Source of the DNA: Octopus sinensis
Taxonomy: Eukaryota
DNA length: 64,000 bases
Direction: 5' to 3'
Assembly: GCF_006345805.1 (NCBI RefSeq)
Contig: NC_042999.1
Coordinates: 112,716,001 to 112,780,000 of the forward strand
Shown here: piece by piece, positions 14,479 to 28,669 of the stretch
Layout of the letters: every line of letters begins with the position of its first letter
How positions within the stretch are numbered: position 1 is the first letter of the stretch
Notes under the pieces: generated by a model
What the model was told of the DNA's origin: nothing
What the model saw: the letters and a program-made list of their open reading frames with translations, nothing else
The model's database searches: none
Translations under genes and position numbers: made by a program

Positions 14479-15315
14479 CAAAATATATATATATATATGA
14501 ATGTATATATATGTGCGTGTGTACATATATGTATACATGTATATATGTGTATGTGTGTATATATGTATGTATATAGCGATAATATGTGTATATAGATATG
14601 CACATATAGTCTCTATGTGGTAAGAAGTTTGCATCCTAATCATATGGTTTCAGATTCAGTCCCACTGTGTGGTACCTTGGGTAAGCATCTTCTGCTATAG
14701 CAGCCCCAAGCTAACCAAAACCTTCTTGATAGAAACAAGCTAATCTAGTGAATATGTATATCTAGCATTTAAGAGGCTATGCACTTCTCACCAGCATGTC
14801 TGCAGAGTCATCAACATTTCACAGAGGCATGAAACCAATGGTAGCATTCTGACCAGTTATATGTCATTACCTATAATATATATATATTAATCAATCATCA
14901 TAGAGTAGATAGAGTAATAAATGTGTTGAATCCAGACCTGAAGATTGGGAATATGTCGATCTAATTGAGTATTGAAACTAGAGACCTTATATCACAAAAA
15001 TACCGACTTACTGTCATGAAACATGTGTTGTCTTTAAAATGGAAAGTATGAGATTCTGAATAGATATAGTAAGTATCATATTTAATATTTTATGGCTTGG
15101 TCGGGTATAATATCTTTAAATATTGATTGAGTTGAGGATGGTTCTGTCTCTAAAACTAATTTTATATATATATATTATGTAGAAGGGTTAAAATCCAAGC
15201 TGTGTACTCTTGAAGTTCATGTGCTTGTTCTAATATTTCAAATGTTATATTTGTGTGAGGTATGTATAAGAGTTGAAAATTCTGGAAAATATTTTTGGCA
15301 GAGTAATTATATCTC

Positions 15316-15604
15316 AAAGCAGGAGATGAGAAAAAATTTTTGGTATTATTTATTCAACATTACACATGTTTCATTTGCTAATAAGAGTTACAAAATTGTA
15401 CATGTCAGAGAAAAGTGTAAGATATCTCCTTCCAGAAATTCTTCAGACAGAAAATCAAATAATACCCTGGCATTATTTGAGTCTGCATTTGAAGAATTTC
15501 TAATACACTTTTCTCCGACATGTGCAATTTTATAACTGTTAGTAAATGTAACTTATGCAATGGTGAATAAATAATGCCAAAATCTTTTTCCAATCTTCTG
15601 TTTT
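15316..15604. mobile_element. Foldback/MITE-like imperfect palindrome (~290 bp)
   Basis: Arms pair along their length, e.g. TGGTATTATTTATTCA with TGAATAAATAATGCCA, ACATGTCAGAGAAAAGTGTA with TACACTTTTCTCCGACATGT, AGAAATTCTTCA with TGAAGAATTTCT; centre near 15467. Confidence 0.75.
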
Positions 15605-16026
15605 GATTTATGTATATATATATATATATATATACACAATACAAATAAGAACATGGAGAAACAATTTAGTTGGTTTATCAGCTTTAGGATATTAGAATGT
15701 TGACTTATTTATTTAACAAAACGAGAACCATAATAACATATATATATAATTTGTAACAATCAAGTCTGAGTCAAAAATTCTGACACTGGGTATTGCTTCT
15801 AAGCAAAACATTATATACACACACGCACACACACACACACACACACATCTAACATAATTATTTTGGGTTCCATATGCAAAATCTTCTTTGAAGGATTTGA
15901 TCAACCAAAGGATATTGCAGAAGATACTTGTTAGAGGTGCCATGTCACAGGACTGAATATGATACCTCATATATATGAAGCAAACTTCATATATACATAC
16001 ATATATATATATATATATATATCATC

Positions 16027-16205
16027 ATCATCATCATCATCGTTTAACGTCTGTTTTCCGCGCTAGCACGGGTTGGACGGTTCGACCGGGGTCTTGGAAG
16101 CCAGGGGCTGCTCCAGGCTCCAGTCTGTTCTGGCAGAGTTTCTACGGCTGGATGCCCTTCCTAACGCCAACCACTCTGCGAGTGTAGTGGGTGCTTTTTA
16201 CGTGC

Positions 16206-16208
<3 letters not shown>
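16027..16208 (-). mobile_element. RTE-tail fragment (extremely truncated RTE or tail-sharing SINE)
   Basis: Same GGCGTTAGGAAGGGCATCCAGC...(GAT)n tail as the 12553 element. Confidence 0.75.
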
Positions 16209-16279
<71 letters not shown>

Positions 16280-16744
16280 TGCATATGTACACACATACAT
16301 ATATGCATGAATACATTCATACATAGATATATACATAAATGAAGATGATTAGATACTGATAGTTTAATATATGCTACAAATGTTTCAATAGCATGCCAAT
16401 TTATTTGCACTTAAGGAGTTACATCATTATTATTATATATGCTAAAATTACCATCAAATTTTCTCCATGTGAGGTCTTAAAGAGACATTCTTTTAGTCAT
16501 TCAGATTCAACTCCAATGTCATTTCCACCACAATATTTCATCCACCAGCACCAAAGTCTTTAGGCAATAGCTCATCAACCAGAAATAGCAGTGAACTCTC
16601 ACTTGAACCACACCATACTACCTTTGAAAGAGAGGTTCATTAGATATTGTAGCTCTAGAGAAATAATGTTCGTGAGAAGGATAAGATGGTCATGGGTGGA
16701 ATGCATTCAATGAGACTAAACAACTACAGCATCAGAAGTATTAT

Positions 16745-16806
<62 letters not shown>

Positions 16807-17373
16807 TCTCTATCTTTATCACTCAATCTATCTATCTATCTCTTATGGAATCCTTTTGCTTACAATTTATTTATATTCTCCAAGTAACTTCAAACTATCC
16901 TTTACCAAACTTTATCTCAAGCAACATTTTCTTCTGAAAAATTTTCTTGGGAGGACATTTCTTAAAAAAACTATAAAATTAAAAATTAGTCTGTGCGGAT
17001 GTTGTGAAGATATTAGTCATTTTTAATATTATTGTTGTTTTGTGTGTTCCTGATCAGTTCTGTTCAAGCAAAAATCTATAGTATGGTGGTAGGTGGTTTC
17101 ATAAATCATCCCAACCAACCCTATGTTTATTCATAACCATTTATTTATTTATACATTGTATGTAGGACTTAAAGACACATTCTCATTCAAAAGAGAGTAT
17201 TGATAAAATCATTTGAGCACTGGACAAAATGTTTGTGGCATCCAGTCACAAGCCCTTACATTCTAAGTTCAAATTACACCAGGGTCTGCTTTGCTTTTTA
17301 TCCTTTGGTGCAGATAGGGGTGATAAAATTAAGTAATAGTGAAGTACTAGTATTGGTTTAATTTTCTCTAAAA

Positions 17374-17505
17374 CAGCCATGGGCAAACTACAGCTCATGG
17401 GTTAGCTGCAGACTTTCTGAATGGCATACCTTTTAGTTGTGCAGCCCACATGATGATGAGCTATATTTCCTGCAGCACACAACTCAAAAAAGGTTGCCCA
17501 ACCTG
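17374..17505. mobile_element. Small hAT-like MITE
   Basis: Termini CAGCCATGGGCAAAC / AGGTTGCCCAACCTG; degenerate 8-bp TSD CTCTAAAA/TTCTAAAG. Confidence 0.45.
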
Positions 17506-17894
17506 TTCTAAAGCTTTCTAGATGTGAATGGAGTTGTAACAGAAAAGAAGAGAGTTCAGTGGTGGTATTATTGCATAGATTGGAAGATGCATTTGGATTT
17601 GTAGCCATCTATGTTACAAAATATGTGTCTGATTCTTTCTAATGTCAATTTTTTAGTTTTTCTCAAAAGTAAGTTTGTAATCCATTGGTAAAATCCCTCT
17701 TCACATCTTAGCATTTAGGTCAGTTCTTCCTTTCATTTACATTTTCTTTACTTTCTTTAATCCTTATAGATCAAATGTTCTTTTAACTCATTTCTTACCA
17801 ATTAAAGACTCTGATATCATTAGATACCAGGAAAAAATTCACCAGTTGTTTCTATAAGATGGCTGGCTCATGACCAACTATAGCAGTTGTTGGT

Positions 17895-19990
17895 AACTTA
17901 ACTTAGATAACTTAGATTGGTTTTGGCTATTATCAGCCCAGGACATGACTAATGCAATAGCACCACCTGGAAAAGTCTTTTAATTAATTATTTTGGGACA
18001 CCATGGACCACTCAAGCAGAGAGTTGTTGTTGGCTGAGACATATCCAGGTTTAAGTGGCTTATCCTATATTTCCTGGAGGAATTTTACCAGGTACCACTT
18101 GAAAGTTGTTGGGTCTTTTTCTACTTTAATTTCTTTCAGGATAACATTGAAAAGAGCAGGACCATTTGCACTGAAGAAATTGTGTCACAATGTTCTTATG
18201 TGATGTGATCTCAACATTTGTAGGAGGCACATTGCACAGGGTCCTAGTCTTGGGTGAATTCTAAACATAATACTGATATCATTTGGATAATATTGGTGGA
18301 ATATTTTCCACATAGTGCAAATAATGTATCACTCACAATGGTATTGTAAAGAATAGAGCTTCAGCTGTTTAAGTCAAGCCCAATAATCAAGTCCTATCAT
18401 GCCATTTATTTTTTTAGTGATTGATCTTTGTGGCACTTTGGTCCTCATTATGTCTTGTTTTTTGTAGGGAGACCACAATGGGCAGCAGTATTTGAGGTGG
18501 GACCTAGCAAATGTGGTGAAGAGAAGGATGATGGTTTTATGATACCTAAATTGAAAAGTTCTGAAGATCTATGAGCACATTCTGTGGGCAACATCAACAT
18601 TTTTGTTGATGTGCACACTGCAGCTAAGGTAGCTGCTGACAATTACACCTAAGTCTCTGATATTATCCAACAGTTCAAGTAGGTCTCCTGACAGTAGTGT
18701 ATATGGTTGTTTGAGTGTGCCCTCTTTTCCAAAGTGGATGAGCTCAAATTTTTCTTTGTTCAACTGCATACTGTTTTTTTTTTGTACCCACTAGGTTACT
18801 GCACAAAGATCTGATTGAAGCATTGTTCAATCATATGCTCCCTTAATGACTTTCTGAAGTTTAGAGTCATCTGCAAATATTTTAATGGTGCTATGTTCAA
18901 TGGAATCTGCAATATCATTGACATAGACAATAAAAAGAAGTGGACCCAGCACAGTACCCTGTGGGATTCCATTGATGACTTTTGCTGGTCTTGAGTGGAT
19001 GCCATCAACCACAACATGCTGGGTCCTGTTTGTTAGGAAATACTTAATCCATTGAAGTAACTTTCCACCAACTCCAGCATTGGATAGTTTCCTTAACAGT
19101 GTATTGAGGTCGACTCTGTCAAAGACCATGCTGAAATTAAGGTATATGACATCAGCATTGGTGAAGGAGCTGTGTTAGACAGTCCCTCCCACCACGCCAT
19201 GCTGGTTGCAATTGAGATGATTTTGCTTTTGCTCTAGGAAAGCTGTTATTCTTGATCTCAACACTCTCTCAAATATTTTGATATGTGAGGTGAGTGAGAT
19301 TGGATGATAGTTTACTGGGGGCAATTTATTCCTTTTTTTTAAAGATAGTAACGACTAACTGGGAGAGAAGGTTTTTTATTCTCTTGATGAGTGCTTTTCA
19401 TTGTTTTGGAATCCTGCATTTATTGTTATTTATGAGGCGTGAGGGCGTATGTTTTGAGCACATGTGGGTGACTGTCTTCAAATAGGTGCCATGCATTTGA
19501 GTTTGTTATGGTATTAGAGGAAGCCAGAGTGAAGGACCAGCCCACTTGCAATAAGTCTTCAGTGATCGCACTCCAGTTTGACTTGTATAAATTCATATTA
19601 TCAAATGGATGCACTGGAGTTAGTGATTTATGCCAAATTTTTGGATGCTGAAGATTGATTGAGGTTACAGAGTACTATGTCATGATCAGACAGGAGGGTT
19701 CTTTCCACTGTGATGTTATGGATACTGTTAGCATGATTGCTTAACGCTAGATCCAAGACACTTTGGTTGTTTCTGGTTGGTTCATGGATAAGTTGTGACA
19801 GGAAAAAATTATCCATAAATTTGAAAAGTAACTCCACTACTGCTTTGTCTGAGCTTGAGGTGAAGGTTCTTGGTCTAACAATATTAGTGGACCAATCTAC
19901 AGAGGGTAGGTTAAAGTCGCCCATTATCAGAATATTTCCTGGATTACATTGCAGGAGGAAAGATTTGATCTTCTCAAGGCACTCTTGAAA
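17895..19990 (-). mobile_element. Degraded CR1/Jockey-group LINE (endonuclease remnant, RT, 3' UTR)
   Basis: MGDFNLPSVDW, GIPQGTVLGPLLFIVYVND, IFADDSKL and NIRDLGVIV motifs in frameshifted pieces; (ATCTAAGTT)n-like tail near 17900. Confidence 0.9.
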
Positions 19991-21136
19991 ATAGTGTAAG
20001 AGTGCTTACTATATAGAGAAGAATTTTAATCTGATTAGAATTAACTTGTACCAGTTATACACTGAGTACATATAATGAATTAATCAAGAAGTATAAAAGT
20101 TGTCCTCATTTCTATGTGGGTCATCATAGGAGGGTTTGGATGTTGTTCATGGCAACAGGTAGTAGAATCTTTCCACAACCACCACCAAACATTACTCTCT
20201 ATCCCTGCTGCTACTACAACTACTACTAAAATCATTATACTACACCCCCAGCACTCTATTTCTCTTGCTTCTAAACCCCTCTCTTCTGCTACTGCTGCTA
20301 CATCAACACCAACTATTCCCACCACCAGCATTATAGAATCCCACCCCACTACTACTACTATTACTACCACTGCCTCAACTACTGCTGCTGTTGTTGCTAG
20401 TTTATTAGGGTTCACCTCTTCTGATGGTTTGTAATAATAGAAGCCTCAAAGCTTGCATTGACAAATGAATTTATCATTCTAGTATAATCTGTAAAATTCA
20501 AGAAAGGCAAATAGTAGTGTGTGTTAGTGAGAGTTGTTCCCAAGAGGAGGTTCCTTCTTTGTTTTTTTTTACATAGTAAGAAAGAGAGGGGAGTGCTCCT
20601 TCATAGTCACTTGACCTGCTCAATATTCACCTCCTTTGACAAACTCCATATCTCTTTTAAATGGGAATGAGTTTAAGTCCTATGTACACCATATAAATAA
20701 ACAAATGACCATAGCTACATCTGATGTTGATTTTTGAGTGTCTGACAAAATGCCTTATGTTATTTTTTCCAGTTATTTTACATTCCAAGTTCAAATTTCA
20801 CTGAGATCAACTTTGCCTTTAAGCCTTTCAGAACAGATAAAATAAAGTACCAGTTAAATAATGGTGCCTAATCAATCAACTAAGCCCTCCCACTAAATTA
20901 TAAAGAATAACAATAATATCAATACAAATCGTCATTATTATTATTGTAGTATTTACATTCTGAGTTCAAATTCACCAAGGTGAACTTTGCATTTCATCAT
21001 TCCAGGGTCAATAAAACATAATGAAATAATTACTAGGGTTGATTTAATCAACTATCCCCCTCCCTACAAATTTCTGGCATTGTGCCTATATTAGGAAGGA
21101 CTATGGTGGTGGTGGTGGTGGTGGTGGTGGTAGTAA

Positions 21137-21180
<44 letters not shown>

Positions 21181-22303
21181 AACATGGATTATTATAGTTT
21201 CTATCAATAATACCATAATCTTGATATTCTTACATAAAAATATCCTACAACCAACTTTAAAATCAGGGTCATTTGTTTTAAAGCCCCTAAATCTTTGGAT
21301 GCATACCCCGCCCCCCACCTTCAGTAAAGATACAATGACCAGAGTCTAGTCACTAGTCAAACACTCAAGTTCCATCTGAAATTATATGCTAACTTGCCCT
21401 CAGTCATCATATCAGTGCAACAACTTTGGCCACCTTTTTTAATTCAATATCAGTACCACTCATTAGCATTCTTATTAAATCAAAAATTAGTGTAGCACCC
21501 ATGACTTCTGGAAACAGTTTTACATGCTCAGAATTGTTGAAGCATAGAATAAATGACCTGTGTCAGTTATTAGCTGTCAAGGCACTGCATTCTTAAAAAA
21601 TTCCATGCTTCCTGAAATTTGCCAACAGTACTGGTGACGTATTTATACACTCTTTCCTTTTTATGGTTCTTTTCCATCTTGTGTTTTATCTTTTGGCTAT
21701 CATAGCTGACTTTCTTCACTTCACTTATTGCTGCTTTCTATCCCTTCTTTTAACTTTTTCTGATGGGCTATAGTACACCTGAACACTGAAAGATAATAAA
21801 CAGGCAGAATTGTTAGTATGTCAGACACAATGTTTTGCGGTATTTCTTCTGACTCTTTACATTTTGAGTTCAAATCCACCAAGGTCAACTTTGTATTTTA
21901 CATAGAGCATTGAACATTGGCTTCAGGGTTTTCAACACTGCTAACTTTACTTTCCTTATTTAAAAGACCCAGTATTAATATTAATGTGTTTAAACTAGGA
22001 TTCAATTTCTGACTGATTTAAAAAAAAAAAGATCGCTAGAAACCCTTGTCATTTCATTTGCCTCAACTAATTTGTACTTTTGCCACCCTCTTTTGAACAA
22101 GCTCTTCACACAAAGTAATGAACAATACCAGTTTTAAATATCTGAATTCATGAAATCCCTCAAATCCCCAAAATATGCTAAATGACAATTGTGGCTTTGC
22201 CTAAGCTGATAAAAAATTCTAGTCATAGCAGTGGTCACTGTCTAGTCATAGCAATCAATACTATCCATCTTTAATGTCTTCAACAAAAAGTGGATGAAGT
22301 TTT

Positions 22304-22538
22304 AACCTAGCTCTAGGAAAACAACATGTCACTGTGGCGTTTTTTGTGAGAGACAAACATATGTGTGGCTGTGACAGTTATTTGATAACCATGATTGTAG
22401 TGACACATATGTCAGCTACTGAACAGCAGTCACAACAACACTTGAGTCGTGACTGCTGTTCAGTAGCTGATATATGTGTCACAACAACCGTTACTTGACA
22501 GATAACATATGTGTGGCTATAGCTGCTAAAGAGTTAAG
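22304..22538. repeat. Hairpin-containing element with a 34-bp inverted repeat
   Basis: 22400-22433 pairs with 22449-22482 (1 mismatch, 15-nt loop); direct repeat ACATATGTGTGGCT; right end CTAAAGAGTTAA resembles the TTAA-MITE termini. Confidence 0.65.
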
Positions 22539-23879
22539 AATCAGAGGAAGAGAATGTTGTCCCAATAAGATACCCTAATGCTGCAAAGCTATTTTCTTTG
22601 AAAAACGGTACAATGGTTGAAGTATTAGAGAAAAATCACACATTTGTGCAGATAAAAGAATCAACATATCTAGTGACTCCACAGCAAACTGCAATACCTT
22701 TGACTCTCAGTTTATATTCACAAACACACGCAGGCAGGTGTGTGCATGCACACACACACAAATAAGTGTTTTCTCAATGCTTACTCTAGTTAGAATTTTT
22801 CAAAACTTAGCAAACACATCAAAACCGCCACTTCTTCAGACCAAAACAAAAGATCTGCATCAATGGACACCAACCATTTTTTACATCATGGACCAGTTTC
22901 ATGCAAGACAATATTCCCACACACTGGAGGAATTAAATGCTTTTATTATTGTTACAGTTAGCTAGTGGGCTTAAGATATTGGTGCATACAGAAACCTGTG
23001 ACAGGAAAGAGGCTCAGACAAAAGTGGTAGGTTTTTGAAAATAAAACATCCTACAGACTGTGATGATCAACAAAACAGAAATAAAATTTAGAACTTATTC
23101 CTTCTGTGTGGCCCAGTATCATACGGTCCATGGCCCAGTAGCGGTCTGCAGCCTGGTGGTTGGAGACCCCACTGGTCCAGGTGACATTCCATCCATCACC
23201 TCACCCCCAAAACCAAACTGTTAAACTCTTTTCCAACTTCTCCCAAGCTGTGTCATCTTTATCCCCCCCCCCCAAAAAAAAGCTTCAGTTCTGGAACATT
23301 GAAAACACAGAACATATCTGTATACTTTGTTCACAAAACAAATAACTGTTCTGACTGATTGAGCTTTCAATTCAACAATATCTAAGATGCCGTAGATGAT
23401 AATATACCTTTTCAACACCTTAAACCACCATCATATTTTTATGTGATTTTTAAAAAGTCAATCATTGTACTCCAGTTGCCCTTTGCTACTCTAGATAGTT
23501 TTCATTCAAATCTGGATAAAACCCTGAACAAATTCACAGTTTTTAAAACTAGTTCTTGAATAAATATCATCATAACTGTTACCTGTATGTCAGTGTCATT
23601 AAAAGGAGCTCTTCATCTACTATTTTATTGCTCAGGTATTTGTCAAGAATCTGTAATTTCTGTGAATTGCTCTCTTATGTCAATGGCCTTCTTACAGACA
23701 CTTTCAGCCAAATACTTCCCTAATTTCCACCTTCCCATTCCATTAATATTGTTTCAACTCATCAAATACAGAATCCAAAGACTCTGTTGTTGGTTGTGTC
23801 AGCAAAAGTAATCTAATGGAATAAAAGTATATTAAAAATAAAAGTAAAGTCAGAATCTTAAGGTGTGTAGACAAAAAAA

Positions 23880-25260
23880 AAAAGAAAAGGGAAATTATCA
23901 ATGTTTCAAGCATAAACCTTTTTCTAAGATTGAAAGGAAAGAAATTAAGAAAAAGAGAAAAGGAGAAATGTATGTGTAGGGTTTCAGTGAGTCATGATGG
24001 TAATAGATGATAGAAGTGGATTGTTGGGGGTGTGGATTTTGAGTAAAGGAGAGTGGTGAGTAGAGATGATTGTTGAGAAAATGTCAGTAATGCACAAAAA
24101 GAAAATGGGAGGAGAGTAAACAGTTTCAGATAAGTGTTGATAAATATGCTAACGTGTGTGTGTGTATGTGAGCACGTGCGAGTGCATGCACATGAACAAG
24201 TGAGTGGAAGACTCAAACAACTTGAGTATATGTAGAGAAGGAAACAGAGAAAAAGTAATCAATTGTTAGCTCCAGCTGGAAGAAACACCTCCAAAATAAA
24301 ATGGAATTGTTGTTCAGGAAGGAATCAAAGGATGGGTGTACCTCCAGAGTTAGAATGGACCAAACATTGAAAATGGGTATGGTAGGAATGGCCCATAGAA
24401 TTGAAATGTTTTTAACAGGCTTAAGACATTTGGGTTTGTTACATTACACATCAAGCAATTATTATTTGAATTGAAATGCCAGCACACAGCCCCTTTCACC
24501 TACCTATATACAATGTATCCCCAAAGTTGGCATTTTATGCAATAAGTAATATTACTGGAGCTATAGATGAAATGGTCCACAAGTTGGAAAATAAACCTAA
24601 GACTATGCACAGTAGTGACACTAGGAATAAAAAGTGAAGTGTTACTACAGGTGGATATTGTAACAAGAACAAATGGCTGTTCCAGGCTGGATATAGCTGG
24701 GGCTGAAACAACTACTAACCAAAGGAGGATTAGTTTGTGATCACACCAAAAGGAGAGGAGAAATTAATGTGCAAGTGGCTGAGCAGTCCACAGACACATG
24801 TACCCTTAACATAGTTCTCATGGAGATCCAGCATGACACAGAATGTGACAAGGCTGGCCCTTTGAAAGACAGGTATTATTCACTTTTGCCAAGTGAGTGA
24901 ACTGGAGCAATGTGAAATAAAGTGTCTTACTCAAGGACACAACACTTTGCCAGGAATCGAACTCACAACCTTACAAGCTGAATACCCTAACCAGAGTAGG
25001 AATGACCCCATGCAAAAATGGAGTGAAGTATTTGGTTGGACTTTGCCTCAGAATTAGTCTAAGCTGAAGATGCACCAGAGATGGAGGAATTGTGATAATA
25101 AGATAAATGATTTGGTGTAGATAGGGTGTGAGGAGGAGAAATTTTAAGATGAGTTGGAATTAGTAGATTTGTAAAAGATGAATGTGGAGAGATGAAGGTG
25201 ATCAGTGGAAATAGAGGTATCTGAGAAATTGATTAAGGTATCAGAGATGGTAACTGACTG
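23880..25260 (-). mobile_element. Degraded Penelope-like element (RT C-terminus plus GIY-YIG), interrupted by a SINE at ~24765-24992
   Basis: Minus-strand translation INFSDTSIS...FYKSTNS...SSSHP...SQFLHLWCIFS (Penelope RT thumb); SSNITYCIKC...LYIG (GIY-YIG). Confidence 0.7.
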
Positions 25261-28200
25261 GTTATTGTTGGACAAAGAGTATAATCTACTGAACAGTCTC
25301 TGTTATATTACTAATATTTATTTTGTCGACACTAGTAACCTGGAGTGTAAAATAGCTTCCAACAGAATTTCAACATAAAACATAGAAGGAAGAAGCTAAA
25401 TATTGTAATAGATTTACTATTGGTTCTCAACTGTCTTAATTAGCTACATCACCCATCATGAAATTTATTACTGTATTTTCTAGCATTCAAGTTAGACTCT
25501 TCAGACAAAATAGGTAGATTAACTTATACATGAAGATGACTTTGGAAGACCAAAACCTCCATGTGAAATGCAGCAGGATTTGGCAAGATATTAACAATGT
25601 CTGAATTGCATTTCGTGTTTACACTATATACTGCATCAACTTGAATGCCAGAAAATATGGTACTACACACAGCAAAAAAAATCATAATTGATCAAAACAA
25701 ATTATTCAAATGACAATTTAAGTGGGTGAGATTCTTTTTGTTAACATTTTTTCTATTTTAATATTTTCTAATGGTTATTTCATTCTGAGTACAAATTCTG
25801 CTGAGGTCAACTTTGCTTTTCATCTTTTCGGGGTCAATAAATTAAGTACCAGTTGTGTACTGGGGTAAATTTAATCAACTGGCCCCCTCGCCAAAAATTT
25901 TGAGCCTTGTGCCTAGAGTAGAAAAGAATATTTTCTAATTGTTTTTTGTCTTTTCTGGAGAAAACCTGTTGTTTGTGAGTAATGTTATAAGATGTTGAAT
26001 GACCTTTTATCTATAGTTTGGATAAATTGTGAAAAAAATAAACTAAAGGTATCATAAAGAGAGAAAGCAATAAAGTTTCTATACTAATTACGAAGCTGGT
26101 GTCAAAATGTTTAAAGTAATAAAGTCATTTCTACAATATCCTGTAGATTTTGCAAGTAATTCATTATGACATGACCAAATAAAAACAAATCTACTTTGCA
26201 TAAAGAAACAAAAATATCAGAGACACTCAGAAAATATTTCACAACTTAAATATGTTTAGTGTTCAGAAGTTGGAAAACGATAATAAATCAAAGAATAACT
26301 TGTTCTTAACTTAAAAATTTTAAGTGAAATGAACAGTTTTCTCAATGGAAATGCAACAGTATTGATTTTTGTGTTTTTTAAGCAGAAAACTTATTTGCCA
26401 GTGACCAAGTATTTCCTTTTAGTTGTTTTGGTCATTGAACTGCAGCCATGCTGGAGCACTGTTTCGTAGGATTAGGTAAATCATCTTCAGTGCTAACTTT
26501 TAATATGCTAAGTCACACATACATGTAAATACACACACACATACACTCACACACACACCTACATGATGGGCTTCCTCTCAGTTTCTGTCTACCAAATTCA
26601 CTCACAAGTTATTGATCAGCCTAAGACACTTGGCCAAGGTGCTACAGGTATAACTGAACTCGAAACCATGTAGTTGATAAGCAAACTTCTTGACCACACA
26701 GCTATGCAGTTATTTCATCAGCCCTAGAGCAATGGGTTTTAATCTCAGAATTGTAAAAGTGTGGTGGATTTCTCATTTTTTGATAATCTTCAGTATCCAT
26801 AAGATATCCTGTAACTTATAGAATCAAAAGAGTACTTCTGGAAACATGATCTTCATGCAATGTGCCAAGAACAAGTAAACCTGTGGTAATTAGCCCATCC
26901 TTTTCCTAGTTATTTACTGCAGCTAAGTTCACAAGCATACTGTGTATGATTTTTGGTTAGCTATTAGACTTAGCAGCCAATTCTCCCTCAAATCACATCC
27001 TCCTGTTATTCATATTGGATAAAATATTCCAGGATTCACTATACCTGAAAAAAGAAGGGATTGTCATGGTTGGAATGTTTTTGATCATAGTCTGCTTGAT
27101 CAGGGCCACCTTGAGGCAAGACAACAATAACAACAGTCCTGGGCAAATTGTAGCCTGTTTGGCATTCTGAATGTCACATCTAATTTCATGAAGGAAATGA
27201 TGTTTATTAAAAATGTGCTTCTTTCATTTTGTTTTCACTTGTTCACTCATTCTCTCATTCAAAGCAGTTTGGAGAAGTTTGAGTTGAAAAGGAATAACCA
27301 TTAAATATCTGGCTAACTTAACTTACATGTTAATGCTCGTTGCATTGTGGGTACACCAGTCAGAAAAATAAAAATGTCCATTATCACCAGTCATCCATTT
27401 AATTTTCAACATGTCTCAGAGTCAATTTGCAACCTTCCAATTTCCAAGCACTTTAAATTGGCATCTCTACTCAGAGAAGTACATCAATGAATAAAATCTA
27501 TTGATATAACATTCAATTTCTGCTTTCACACTTCCAATAATTCAGCAACTCTAACAAGACGTGTTGTCAGGTAGAATTAACAAAACCTTACTGGAGAGGA
27601 AACATTTTTTGATGCTGGAGAGGAAACATTTTTTTTTTTTTCATTTTTTTGTATAGCTAAATGAGTAAATTAGAAACAAGTCTTACTACATTTTATGTAC
27701 ATTTTTATATCAACATTATCTTTCAATTTAACAGTGATCAATGAAATGATCTGATTGATAAATTTGCACCTATGAAAAAATATAGTCATAGTAAAATCTT
27801 GATGCATGGATTATGAAAATATTCAATATTTTCCTTCAATATATGGATCAGACAGAAATTCATATTTAAAACATTGATTTTTCAAATGTTCATATTTTTC
27901 TTTTATTTATTCCATAATGTATCATAGCAGCAGCATATGTTAATCACACTGTCACTGGTGATAACATATCAAGGCTTTAATGTTTTTAAATATAGAAAAA
28001 TATCTTTTTGGCAAAAAGAAAAATAAATCAACTTTTCCCCATTTCTAAGCCATATGCATATGGTCTTCTGTAGCAAAAATGGCTGAAGTACCTTCAACAA
28101 AAATATTACCTTGAATTTTTTAGTAGTGTAGCCTACCTTATGATGCACCGAATCTCATGCAGTCCTCTACTCAAAATAGGATGCTCATGCCCGATCCATT

Positions 28201-28669
28201 GGAAGCTGTCCTGAAACTTGCAGCCAGACAAATATCCTCCTTCAGCCATTACCATATCTTGAAAGCCCTGCTTTTTTGGACATTGACATAATAAAGTTTC
28301 CTCATCAAGCAGCTGATTTAGTAGAAGGCCACAAGATTAGCCACCATCCTTCCAACAACTTTGGCTGCCTTTTTGAATTCAGTACCTCTACCATTTGCGG
28401 ACATGCTTATAAAATAAAATAATAATGAAAAAACTTCCATGGTTGAAGTATGGAAGGACATTGCATCTTCCAAAATTTTCATGCTTTCTGAAATTTGCCA
28501 ACTTTTCTCCTGATGCATCTATGCACCCTTGTCTCTTTATAGCTCTTTTACTGTTCCCTTTTCTGTCTTTTTTGTGTTTATTTTGTGTATTGTGCTAGTA
28601 CTTTTGGCTGTCATTACTGACCATCTTCATTTGTATGACTTATTCCTACTTTCTGTCCCTTCTTTTACC

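Noticed and set aside
20080-20434. Thr/Ser-rich mucin-like ORF
   Set aside because: Derived from degenerate (ACT/ACC)n repeats next to a LINE remnant; no splice or start context.
23583-23812. Minus-strand exon-like segment with good AG and GTAACA sites
   Set aside because: All three frames contain stops; two frameshifts would be needed and no protein family is recognisable.
27330-27590. Possible decayed minus-strand exon ending in GTAAGT, with several TGA codons in one frame
   Set aside because: Stop density is compatible with random AT-rich DNA; no recognisable homology.
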